In this document: positions 51,926 through 64,000 of the stretch, in pieces
Layout: every line of letters starts with the position of its first letter
How positions within the stretch are numbered: position 1 is the first letter of the stretch
From: Eukaryota sp. GEM-RC1
Taxonomy: Eukaryota
NCBI GenBank assembly: GCA_040285855.1
Contig: JAUFOQ010000005.1
Span: 1-64,000, forward strand
Length of the DNA stretch: 64,000 bases
Direction of reading: 5' to 3'
Translations under genes and position numbers: made by a program
The notes under the pieces: generated by a model
The model's database searches: none
Seen by the model: only the letters and a program-made list of their open reading frames with translations
Told to the model about the DNA's origin: nothing

Positions 51926-52172
51926 TCAAAAAATGCATATAAATTATTTGTTTATTGTTGTAGTTCTTACTTTGATCCTGATAGTTAATTGGACTTACAT
52001 TGCAGTAGTTTGTACCATTGTTGTGGATACCTATATTCCTTAAAAAGAATACCCATTACATACATCAATACCTTCAATTTTGGTTTGGACAAACAAACGA
52101 ACGTGTTTGGCCTTGTACTGTACTAAAATTTTCCTAGACAGAGACTTTCCAGAAAATCATTTCCTCCAACAA

Positions 52173-55100
52173 ATGACGATTCCAACGTCGTCAAAACAGT
52201 TAATATCCTTAAGCAAACAGCCCTGTCAGGCACTTGCACTGCCTAGTGAACGTGATGAGCTGGAGACTCACGTTCTTGAGTGTCTGACTTTCTTTCAAGC
52301 ACCCCTTACTACCATTGAACATACATACGCACATTATTATCCTATACCCAAGCCAGATCCTCTTACGGTTCCAGGCGTTGATTCTGTGTCTTCTCCGTCT
52401 ACTTCCACAATGTTCTCTTTCGAGTTTGAAGGCGAAGAAACTCCAACAGAATCTGAAGCACCTCGTTGTACTGAGTATCTACTATCTCTAAGTGACCCAG
52501 ACTACGAGTACGAACCTGCCTCCTTCCTCTCACCCTCAACCAGGCTCAGTTTCTCCCCTCTCCACTCCCCCCCTCATAGAAGCTTTCTGTTTGAAGTAGG
52601 TTGTCTTACTACTGATGCTTCACTCGATGTACTACAAGAACCTCTCTTTGGTCAACTCTCTTTATTCGACCATAGAGCTAGATCTTTCTGCAGTGAGTCC
52701 TTTGACTTCGACCTCTTCTCCAATGTCTCTCATCCTCTTACTTTCTCCACTGACACTCTCCCTGCCTACGCCCCTCCTCGAGAAGATCTTCCCATCCGTC
52801 GTGCTCTTCTACCAATCCCCCACAACCAAGACCTGGGTCGTTTCTCTGTTCTACTTGTTCTTCGCCGTGTCTTATCAGGTGATTCTTCTAAGGCAAGAGA
52901 AGCTTATACGAGTTTAGTTGAGGAAGGTAGTAGTGAAGTTGGTAAGTTGTATCAATCTAGTTTAAATACTGGACTTTTTAGGGAGATATTCACTGTTGGT
53001 GTGGTTAATATTGCTACTATTGTTGGACCTGATGGAAGTTTGGATGTGAATAGCGTTAAATTGAATCATGTTTTGCATAAGACTCCCTTGTATTATATAT
53101 CTTCGAATTTGTCATTGTCTGATTTGGAACCTTCCGATTTTGATGATCTCTATGGTGTTTTGATTGATGCCATCACGTCATCAAATCTAGATTCATCAAA
53201 GAAACTCGGATTTCGAGTTATTCCTTCATTTTTGAGTCTTTCATTTGGACTTTCTGAAGTCAATCCGACCTCCATCGACAGAATTGATTGTATGCAACGA
53301 CGTTATCCGAGTGGTTTTAATAGCAGTCAAATTGGTTTTGAACCGAACCAACCAACACGTGTTTTACACCCTTTAGGAAGAACTTGGCCTGCAAGTGTTT
53401 TTACTGACTTTTTTCATTTTGTACAGGTTACCATTAATGCAGTTAGTTTAGAAGGAATTCTTGCTAGCAACTCAGCTCGAAACATTGCAATCAAATTTGA
53501 TTTACGATCGGGGGATATGAACACTCCTGAGGAATCATTACCCCATTTCTTCCATCAAAATCAACTATGCGATCACGTCATTGCTCCAGTAGTTTATCAT
53601 TCAAAGTCACATCCACTTCAGTTCTTTGTCAAGTTGTTTCTACCTCTTGCCTTAAAGGATAGTCATCATTTATTTGTTCAACTTTTACATGTTTTCCTGC
53701 AAACCAAAAGCTCAAAAACCAGTTGAACTTGTTGCTTTTGGTTGGGTTCCTTTGTACATGAACACGTGTTTGATTGAGTCAGGATCTGTATTTGTTGATT
53801 TTTATCAAGCTCCTGTTGTAGCTGGGTATTTGTCCCCAAATGTTAAACAACATTTAAAGCCCGCGTTTCCACCTAAAATATTAAAAAATTCACAAAAACA
53901 CGCGGGCATTGCACTATCTCTAAATGTCTGTTCATCTCTGTATCCCACAGATTCAGCAATCAATCTGTTGATGAGAACGGCAGCAATGATCTTTTCTCAA
54001 TCAAACAGAGTGATGAGGATCGGAGCTTTGCTTTCTACCAGTGATAATGTTGTGGTTGTTAAGTTCTTTCCTATTTTGTTGAACTTGTTATCACGTGCCC
54101 TGAACTCTTCTAGAAAATCAGTTCAAAATAATGAGCTCAAAGAGCCCAAAACTCCAACCACTCCATCAACTTCAAGGGAATCTGTTAATATCGCCACTTC
54201 AATGGCTTTTAAGGGATTCTCCAACACTCTTCTGAGGAGCTCTTTGTTTCGATTCTGCGTGTTGTTGCTTCCAGTGGCAGTAGTTGAAAATGGAGGAAGT
54301 TTGTTGGAATCATTTGCTTTTAGGCATTTTCAAGAAGATCAAAATTCATCAATCGCACCCCAATCAAATGTCGTGTCTCTTTACGTGTCCTTGGCAGTCG
54401 AGTGGTCTAAACTACTTGCTAAGTACGAGGACTCTGGTGATTATTCAGAGCCAGCAGTGCTATCTCTACATTTATCACCTTTCCTCTACAACTTAGTCGC
54501 AAAAAGTATTAATTTGGCTTATTTGAATCATCAGATCATCAACACATCACCATTGAAGTCGGTGATTGCCAGATTGGGGATCGCCACCCGCTGTTTCGGA
54601 AAGACCATCCCTAACCTCGCTAAAACGATCTCTTCTGCCACGTCAGCATTTCTTGTTGACGTGATACCTTCTCTTTCTGTTGAAGCAGTTGATCTAGCCA
54701 ACGTTTTCCTTAGATTTCTTAACAAACCTTTTCCACCTCCACTTCCAACCAATTCAGTGTCAACTTATACATTAAAGAATTTGTTTTTCAGAGGATTTCT
54801 TGATTCTTCTCTGTATTGTTTTACTTGTGATTCGAAAGAAGTCCGAGGAATTCTGGATGGAAGTTTGTTAAAGTCCTGTGCAAATTCAGTTCATGAGTTT
54901 TTAACTCATAATTTGACAGTATTTCCAATTATTGGTTCAATTTTTCAAAATGTTTTACTGAATAACAAGGATGACTGTAAAGATAGTGTATTTTTTAGTA
55001 GATTTGTCCTGAACCTAGTACAAACTGCTTTTAGAGTGGAAAATGATGCGTCACTCTCAGATTGTGACCGTCAAACGTCAGCTCTGTCGTTGAGCCCTTT

Positions 55101-57758
55101 TCTTTTGATTGTTGTCGATACCGACCTTCATCAGCAGCTTTCACCTTTATCTGAGTCTTGTATTTTCTTCATTTTGTGGATTTTGAAATATCTTCCTGGA
55201 AAGTTAACTGAATTTATCATTAGCAATCTCACCCACGTTACGACTCTTGCACTTTTAAGACTTTTCGAACAAAATTTAAAACTGTTTGGAACAGATAGCT
55301 GTATGTCCATTATTAAAGAACGAAAGTTTTCTGAAATTACCACCGAGGCTAAGGCGGCTGACTTTGCAAAAGCAATATTCAACACTTATTCTGGTTCAAA
55401 CTCTGGTTCTTTCAAAGTACAACCAAAGTTTGATATTAGTAGAAGGTCACAAATCACGTCACGGTCAACAGGATTCAACACGATATCTGGATCAACACCT
55501 CCAATTCACGCTTCAGCTTTGGACAGTGCTGTTAAGTCGGGTCAGGTCGAAATTACTCCTGCAATTCGTGCTAGAACTCAATCAGTCACGTCATACGCCA
55601 CAATCTCGACTGCACTTGCCAATACTGGTAGAAAACGATCAAATTCCATAGAAAAACCAATCACATCCGACGATACGTCATCAAAAGTCGATGACCCATC
55701 AACACGTAACAGTCGCTTTTCCTCTGCTAGATTCTCCCTGGCTTTTAAACGTCGTTCAAAGGAAGATAGTATAAGTCCTTATAGTAGTAGTACAGAAGGA
55801 TCTACTTTTTCTAATGATATTTGGTACGCTGGATATTTGAGTCAAAATATTTGTGATATTTTAATTAAGGTTTTGAATATTGTGTCTATCACGGTTTCAT
55901 CTGAGAAAAGTTTCCCAAAATTAGAAAAATCTTCTCGTAAGAATCAAATTGCTTCTGATTTGAGTCAGATTTTCTTTGAAGCTTTATCACTTACTGATTT
56001 GTCAGAGCAAACATTCCTCTCCTTATTTAAAATATTTCAGTATTTACCACTTCGACATTATTCTGTTATTTTCTCAGTTACTCAAGAATCTAAACTTGAG
56101 GGTGTATTTTTAAATTTATTGAAATATATGAATTATCGAAATTCGAAACTCCAACGGTCTGCCATGTCAGCAGTTGCTATCTTTTTAGAAGTGGGATTCG
56201 TTTTAAATAAGTCAAACCAAGTCAAACGACTTCTTTGTAAGTCCCTCAGTAGTGTTTTGTCTGATCCAAGTGTTGAAATTAAGTCTAATTTAGGCTCTAT
56301 TTTGGATGAATTAGCTACAAAAGTTAATAAGTCCAAACGCTGGGTTGTACTGACTACTAAACTTTTAAAATCAATTATTCATGATACAGCTACACTGAAA
56401 GAAGTCCAAAGATCAGGTACTGTAGATGTTTACAGTGAATCCGATCTTTTATATCGATTGTCTCTTTCCAATTCTGACAATCAGGAGTTGGAACTTTCCT
56501 GGTTAGAACAATTAGCCGCTTTTTACACCAAACATTCGTTTTTTGCAAACACATGTGTTGTTTATGTCAAACTTGCTTCTTTAGTGGCTCCTTTTGAGCT
56601 ATCATCGCAATCAACGACAAACACCCCAATCATGACGTCTCTCAGTCAAATTGCTGAAATCAGTTCACCGTATAGTTGTTCTAACTTCTTTGGATCTATC
56701 TCACTTCCTTTAGATGAAGAAAAACAACGGTCATTTAATCTATTTCTTTCTTATATAGATAATGCTTCAGCTTACGCTGTTTTGGCGGGAATCCTTCCCT
56801 TCGTCAGCACGTTGTTTCCGCTAAGACTTTATTTGACTTCTTGGTTGAAACCTACTGAAGTTCCCTCGATTCTAGTTGACTGGAAAACGGCCATAGAGAA
56901 GTGTAAAAGCTACCGCCAGAATTCCTTTTATTTGATTAGATTTAGAGGTAAAATGGCGGGGGATTATGAAAACAAGAACTATATCTATGTATTTCCACCT
57001 TTAACCAAGCTACCTTCGGTTACTGCTATTCTTACCAATGCTTTCTCTTGTCCAGTTTCTATTAAACCGGGTCAAAAACTTCCAGTTAATAATGAATTTA
57101 GAGATGATACTATCTTTATATTTGTTACGGAAGTTTTTCCATCTAAGAAATCTGATACCGGAATACCTCACGGATCGGATTTAAATCAAGTTTGTTTTAA
57201 AAAGTTTGAATTCCAGTTTCCATTTACAAAAGATGGATCAAAACTGTCTAATGCAGATCCCAGTCAAGTGTGGATCAAAAGAACGTGCTGGAAACGTCAG
57301 CACCTTTTCCAGCTGCAAGACTTCGACTTTTAGTTGACAACTTCTCAGAAATTGAAATTTCTCCAGTTGGTTCTGCTGTTGAAGGTCTTAAAAAACGAAT
57401 CGATGCAGTCGAAAGTTCTTTTGGTCAAGATCCGATGGTTTCCCAAATGGTTTTACAAGGAGCCGTCGCTCCTCAAGTCAGTTCGGGAGCTTTTTCTTAT
57501 TACCAAAGTTTTTTCGTTGATTCCCCTGGTTCTTTTGAAGGACTTGATGAACTTCGAGCTTGCTTTTGTGAGTTGTTATCAGTCTGTTGTCAAGCTTTAC
57601 TTGGTAATTGGACTTTTATTGAAGGTTTAAAGCCACATGAAAGGAATTCCAGTGAGATGTTTCATGAGTCATTAGAAGACGGTTGGTTTAAGTTGTATAA
57701 GTTATGTAAAGATGAAGTTAGTTATCAAGGACCGGTTTATAAGAGACCAAGTGCTTAG
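52173..57758 (+). CDS. DOCK-family guanine nucleotide exchange factor (DOCK-C/D-like; C2/DHR-1 and DHR-2)
   Basis: ARNIAI..VYHSK..KLFLP..HHL..HVSC..GWVPL; FYLIRFRG..YIY..PFTKDG..PFP..EISP..QMVLQGAV..V. Two 1-nt frameshifts (~53693 and ~57285). Confidence 0.9.
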
Positions 57759-58084
57759 TTTTGCAAATTTATTTCTAGTTTTTTGTGTTTTTGGGCTAAT
57801 AACCCAAACATTGCGGTTGTAAATTGATGTATTTTTATTTATTTTATTCGTTCAGGTAACTGGAGAGTTTTATGTTTATTCAAAGAAATTCAGCAAGTTA
57901 ATTATGTGTTTGTTTACGACAGTTAGACTAACTTTTAGATGCAATTGAGTAGTACACGTACTAGGGCTCGATCTAAATTTTACAGCAGTTTAAGTTCTGA
58001 GGGCTATGATCTATACAATAAGTTCGCACACTGCATTAGTTGATCATTATTGACTTACTGAAATGATTAAATCAAATTCGAGTG

Positions 58085-58680
58085 AAAAAGCGGGGTTTAT
58101 GATCATTCAGTGAAATAAATGCATTTGCAGAAGTTAATAACTAACAGACACTAACTAAAGTATCTAAACTATGATCCTTCTGTCCATCACCGAACAACTT
58201 ACCTAAAATTGAATTAAAATATCTGTGCATTGAACGAAACAACGCAAACGTTAACCTACTCAACCAAAAATTTTCATTGAAAACTTTAGCGTACTCAGAA
58301 CACAATTTACCAAAGGAAGTTAAAAAACCTTGTGCAGCTTGTCCAATATTACCGTATATCGACATCTCAAAAGGTTGAAACACAAAAGAATTGTACCTGT
58401 CAACATTCAATTGGTTAATTAAGTGACAGTACTTTGTATTTTTTCCTTCTTCAGCCACTTCAAGAGCAGGAAAATCATCATCAAAAATTTTGGAAATTGA
58501 TCTTGAATTACATGGATCAACAGTCGTGAAATCCATGATAATTTCATGACAAGATAACCAAGGACCAATCAAATGACCACGACTTCTATCAACATTTGGC
58601 TGATCAGAAAGATTAGCAAGTAAAGGTTCAATTTTTCCATGAAAACCATTAGCCTTAACCATATCCAAACATGTATCGAG
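58085..58680 (-). mobile_element. 3' REL-endonuclease fragment of a non-LTR retrotransposon
   Basis: 175-aa ORF: KIEPLL..RGHLIGPW..MDFTTVDP..AEEGKNTKY..FQPF..SIYGNIG; homolog of 10275-10870. Confidence 0.8.
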
Positions 58681-58841
58681 TGAACAATAATTTGTAACTA
58701 TTAATTACATATATCTCTCACATTTGATGAAGAGAGAGAATTTATGTGCTGAGACAAACACACAATATCAAACCAAATGTGAATATAGACTACTAAAACC
58801 AACTATAAAACGAACCATCCAATTAAGACAAGTGATTACCA

Positions 58842-59270
58842 TCAACTTTGCTTAAATGGAATCAATATACCTTTATATAATTGAACAGGCAATCTACTTA
58901 TCCAGTGGTACATGTTAGTTTCAGTGAGTCTAACTAAGGGATGGATAGTCAACAGTTTCAGTACAAAATTAGTCTCAGTGAGACAAAAGCCGTTTGCTGT
59001 ATCAATATACGGAAATTTCGAAGAACCGAAATTTCCGTATAATTGCATCGTAAAAGACTGAAAGACGATATTATTGTGTCTTCGTGAATTCCATGCAGCA
59101 ACTTGATGTACGTACTTTGACACTTTAGCGTTCTCAGCGTCCTTCAGGGGATCATTTGAAGTATTCAAAAAATAAGCAATAGCTGAAGCTTTGCGAGGGT
59201 CATCGGTCGTGAAATCAGCTACATCATCCTGGCATGACAACCAAGGGCCAATACAATCACAACGTTTCTG
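58842..59270 (-). mobile_element. Second, more divergent REL fragment
   Basis: GPWLSCQDDVADFTTDDP..AENAKVSKY..FQSF..LYGNFG; interrupted near 58900-59000 by GTCTCAGTGAGAC palindromic sequence like that in the 49253 MITE. Confidence 0.7.
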
Positions 59271-60628
59271 GAGTAAAATCAGGGTGATCTTGAAAATGAG
59301 AAAGTATAGGTTCTACTTTAGAAAAGAGAATTGGTATAAACAGCCACAACATTTCTAACACGGGACAGATTGACCATCCTGGAAAACGATTCTTTCCTGA
59401 ATCAGCTGAAGAACATATCAATGACGTCAATGCAGAAGTTGACTACAATTGTATTTCATATGCTCGCAAAGCCCTAATTTTGTGTTGTTTGAGCTTGAAC
59501 ACAACTGGGCGTTGGGAAATTGAAATCAAAGCTTAAAGGAACTATTAAACAGTATCCTGGTCAATTTAACAACGCAGTTAAGGATTTGTAATAGTGAAAT
59601 AGAAATTTGACATTAGTAGTAGTATTTAAAGCACATTATTTAACGAAGTTCTATAGTTTAACATTGTTCCAACAATATACACAACACTGATTACAACTAT
59701 AACAACATCTTTTGAAGAAAGATTTCAATCCACACTGATTACTCCAATTGCTAAGCCTTGAGACGGTATGTGATAGCTTGAGAAAAGTGCTTGAAAATAA
59801 CATGGTATCCAAATAAGATTTTAAAATAGGGCACCATCGTGGTATCAATTACTTGTACTTGGGGTATCATTGGTCATCACTGCAAGGAAACTCAAAGTTG
59901 GGAATCTCATTACAACACTTTCCTTTACCTGTATGATACAGGCTGTATCTATCTATTCTTAACATCTACAACATCTTTATTATCACACTAAACATATTTA
60001 CCACAATGTTGCTTTCATGTCCTTTGATATTGACCTAACGCTAAACCGACTCAAACATGACTTAAAGTGGCGAGTCTACGTTCTTGTTCCAGATTTGATC
60101 TTGTTCTCTATCTTACATGTGTAGAAATCTGAGTTGTGATATGTATTGACGACATCTTCTTCGTCTTCAGAATCGCCTTCTTCAGTTCCGTTGTTAGTTA
60201 CCACTACATAGGATCGCTGTTAGGGAGAAGTCCTACGTCTACATTGAACTTATTGTGAACTGGTGTCTAATCTACACTATAGAAACAGACTATCACTTCA
60301 TTTCTTCAAACAAATTGTGACTTTGCATACAAACCACCTTGCTACTATTCAGATAGCTTGTTTTCTTCCTCTTACTCTTACTTGGGAGTTACTACTGACC
60401 TCTCTTTCATCTTCTTGAACAACATCACGTCAACTCCTGGATTTCCCATGACTTCTAGTACCAATGTGACATTGAGGAACATAGTTTTACTCATTCTCTG
60501 TGTTTAAACTCTTTCCATTATTCCTAGCAAAAAGATTATACGTGTATTAATGTTGTTTATCTCAAGCAGTGATCTGTTGATGATCATTAAATCAAATAAT
60601 AACATCCAAAACTCAAAAGATAAAGAAT

Positions 60629-63131
60629 CTACAGTAGCTGTATTTTTACAAAACCATCTCCATCATTACCTCCACTAGTATTTACTGGTTTTAATCCTGA
60701 ATTGAAAGATCCAGCTCCATACGAGGGGTATGTACTGTTGTACTGTTGTGTATGGACTACACTACCCCCGGTATACCCCCCGCCTCCTCCTCCTTCCCAT
60801 TTTGTACCGCCACCACCACCAAATCCTCCGTGAGCGGTTTTAGAATAACTAGTATCACTTTGACCACCCATTCCTCCATTAAGAAAGGACTTACCTCCAG
60901 TACTATCACCACTAGTTGCATTCTGACCATCAAGAGTGAATCCACCTCCACCACTCCCTCTTTCTCCTTTACCAACACCTTCAGTGAAATCTACTCTACC
61001 ATCAGGTCCGTTTGTATTCCAACTACAATTATTCTGCCCATTACCACCTCCTGCAACTATTAAAGGAGAAGAATCCAAAACAACAAAGGAACCACCTCCA
61101 CCTCCTCCAGCTCGAGAATCACCAGTATTTTGACCATCACACCCAACCTGACCAACCAATATTTTAATAATTTGAGCAGATTTCAATTCAAATTCACCAA
61201 TCATTACTGCTCCTTTTCCAGGTTTAGTTGAAGTAGTATAACCATTATTACCACCCCTAGCTCCAGCACATTCAATTCTATACATTCCAGTTAAAGATAC
61301 AGTCCAATGTTGAATTCCATCAATAACATTAAAATTTTGAATATTTTTAAAATATTCATGGTTATAAGCACCAATACAGTCCTCAAGAGAAGGTCCATTT
61401 CTACCTGTTTTTCCTGCATTAGTAAAGGTAAATGGGAAAGGAACTGAAGACAATACAAACTTCTTATATTGAGAGTTACTTTGTTTTAAAGTAGTGACAG
61501 TCTTTTCTAACTCAGATTTATCATTATTTAAATTCTGAACAAGATCGTCAAGTGTTTTCTTTTGCTGAGATATAGTCAAGAGCTCATTTTTTGAAATTTT
61601 AAAACAATTAAAGCATTATCAGCAAAATACTGTTGGAAGAATTGACACAGTTTTGAATCATTTTTAATTCTACAAATATTTCAAAAATAACAACAGGATC
61701 TGTCACTTTCAAATCAAAACCACTCACACATTCATGAAATACGTCAACATCCCAATCAAAATTTCTCCAAGAATCTACAAGACTTTTGGCCAAAAACGTT
61801 GAATAATCAGCTGTAACTGATGGAGAAAGAAGTTTGAAAGCTAAAGGTGATGGAGAAAATCCTTGAAAAGTATGTAGAAACTCAAAAGGAACAACTTTCA
61901 TAAAATTGGCAACAAAATATTCAAGATTAGATTTAGCTCTATCAGCAGCTTGAAAAGTCCATAAAAACCAATGAGGAGGAATTTTCTCCAATTGTTTAAT
62001 ATTTGAAAAATTATCAACTGACCATTGTAATAAAACAGACTCAAAAGATTTTTCATCAAATAAGGGTTGAATTAAGGTGTACAGATTGTTGTAATCAAAT
62101 TGATGAATATCAATTAAAATTAAAATAGAATTTAATTCTTCGCTGGTTAATTCTTGATTTTCAAAAGTTTCTAAAAGACATTGAATAAGCCACCAATTAT
62201 CAACAATAGGAAACAACCTTTGAAGTATTTCAACAGACAATGGTAATGAATCGAGTTTCAGGGGTTGGGAAAGATTTTTAAAAACATTTAAAATTTCTTC
62301 AACAAATCGAACTTGATGACGAACATTTGCTAAATTCAAAAGTGTCAATAATTCCGAATCAGTAAAAGTATTTGTTAATAAAAACGTCTTACAAGCTTCC
62401 AAAAGCTCTTGAACTTGGAAATAAAAGGACAATTGATAAAAACTTAAAACATTTGAAATATCGAGCTTAATTGAGTCTGAATAGAACAAATTAAAAAATT
62501 GTTCAAAAATATCTTCTTCTACTCCTTCAAATTCTGATTCATAAGTGATTTTTCGATCATTTGAATCAATAAAACTAGTAGAGAATTGGTTCAGAAAAGT
62601 TGCTGACGTGGCAACTAAAATTAGGCTATTTGTTTGAATGTTTACTTCCTTGTAGGTAATTGACACGTCACTAGGAGCAAACTTTCTAAAATTAGAAACA
62701 ATCACGTCATGATCTAATTGGAAAGTAAACGTTTCTCTAAAGTTCATTCCAGACTGAACCAGGGAGTGGAGGAAATCAGAAAGAGGTGTGTACTTGAGGT
62801 AAGAGACTAAAACACCAAGTGAATAGAGATCGGAAGATGGAAAAGAGACACTTATACCATAGAAGGAGTCCAAGACTTTGAAGAGGAGAGAGGAATCGGG
62901 AAGTAGAGGGAAAATGGGATCGAGGTCATCAACTTTGGAGGAAGAAAACAGTTTGGTTTTGAGTAGGTCACTGAAGAGAGAAACAACGGCAGAATGACAA
63001 GGAAACTCGTCATCGTGAAAAGAAATGGATGAGTCAATGAGAACACCTTCTTTACGAAGATTACAAAGCTTTTCAGTGATGGTAGAAGGAGGGAAAGTAA
63101 AGGTTTGGGTAGGAAAAGATTCAGTCCCCAT
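60629..63131 (-). CDS. BTB/POZ (x2) - coiled coil - ALK/LTK-like glycine-rich domain protein, paralog 2
   Basis: Inverted paralog of 20837-23340 (duplicated block ~20785-24110 versus ~59960-63180); same frameshift plus a second A-run one base shorter. Confidence 0.85.
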
Positions 63132-64000
63132 AACAACCAAACTTACAAAGAAATCTGAGATGGAAGGAATTTCAATTCTGGCTGCACAACACACTTCTAC
63201 GAGTTTATCTCAGAACACACCTACTACTAAGACATGGAGAGTAACTCGAGTCTCGAAAAGATCCTGATGAACCTTATTGGATGATGACCAACGATACACA
63301 CAAGTAGTCAGACTCCGAATCGGCTGGCTTACCGCTAATTTGATCTGAATAGCCAAAATTAATAAACTTGAATTGGAAATTATCTTTTTCTGGTAGTACA
63401 TGTATCAGGAAAATGGTTCGAATTTACTCTCATTACGGCTATAATTTGAGTTAAGTGGAGGATTTCTTTCTACTTCAACATAGTCTTGGGGCTATAAAAA
63501 ACTTTGACACATAAGAACAAAAGTTTCTGTTGAGAAAGCAGGAAGTTCGTGAATGCAGATTTTCGTTTATGCACCAGTACTTACGCCAGACTTTGAATTT
63601 AAGGGATTTTTTGTCCTCATCAAATATTCTTCTCTCTAATTATTGCTGTGATTTTCTAGCGATTGGTAAAGGCAAAATTATTCTGTCAGTAAAATTAAAC
63701 AAGATTATTTTTATATATAACCTAACCAAGGACTGCTCAGATTCTGATAGAGAACTTGTTCTTGAACGTTTTAGACACACTGCCGATGTTACAGAAGAGA
63801 TGGTTCTACAAAAGCTCGTTCAATCTTTTGGAATTGAATCTTATGGTAATTTGACAAAAATCGTTACATATGAAACACAACTATTTGCAACTACTTTTTG
63901 GAATTAGGAAGTTTGTTTGATAATTTGTTTTAATAGTCCTCATTTATATGTTGTTTTCTAGTTGTGTGTTTCTCTCTGCACATAAATCCGCTTTTTTTGA

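Noticed and set aside
50450..57758. Euplotes-like or other programmed frameshifting in host genes (peptidase, DOCK)
   Set aside because: Conserved motifs (PIRS, HVSC, LETSAPFP) place the shifts well before the stop codons, mostly at homopolymer runs and in both directions, which is typical of long-read indel error.
3033..63907. The many short 60-130 aa ORFs in the track not listed as features
   Set aside because: Mostly antisense or alternate-frame shadows of real genes, or chance ORFs with TTG/GTG starts and no recognisable motifs.

Overview
Left end of a eukaryotic (protist-like, AT-rich, intron-poor) chromosome. About 3.0 kb of telomeric repeat mixes CCCTAA and CCCTAAA units. It is followed by roughly 47 kb of subtelomere dense in DNA transposons (hAT, Mutator, pogo, a two-ORF IS630/Tc1 DD34E element, several MITEs), REL-type non-LTR retrotransposon fragments and pseudogenes. 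Likely host genes are an S28 serine peptidase with a 29-nt intron, a DOCK-family GEF and two inverted paralogous BTB + ALK/LTK-like glycine-rich genes. A ~2.7 kb segment is present twice, and each copy carries a different insertion, so each supplies the empty site for the other. This defines a hAT element (8-bp TSD) and an unusual DD34E element with a convergent second ORF, vestigial TIRs and an apparent AG rather than TA duplication, which is the best novelty candidate. Most frameshifts lie in homopolymer runs and are probably long-read errors. All family calls come from motif recognition by eye; no searches were run.
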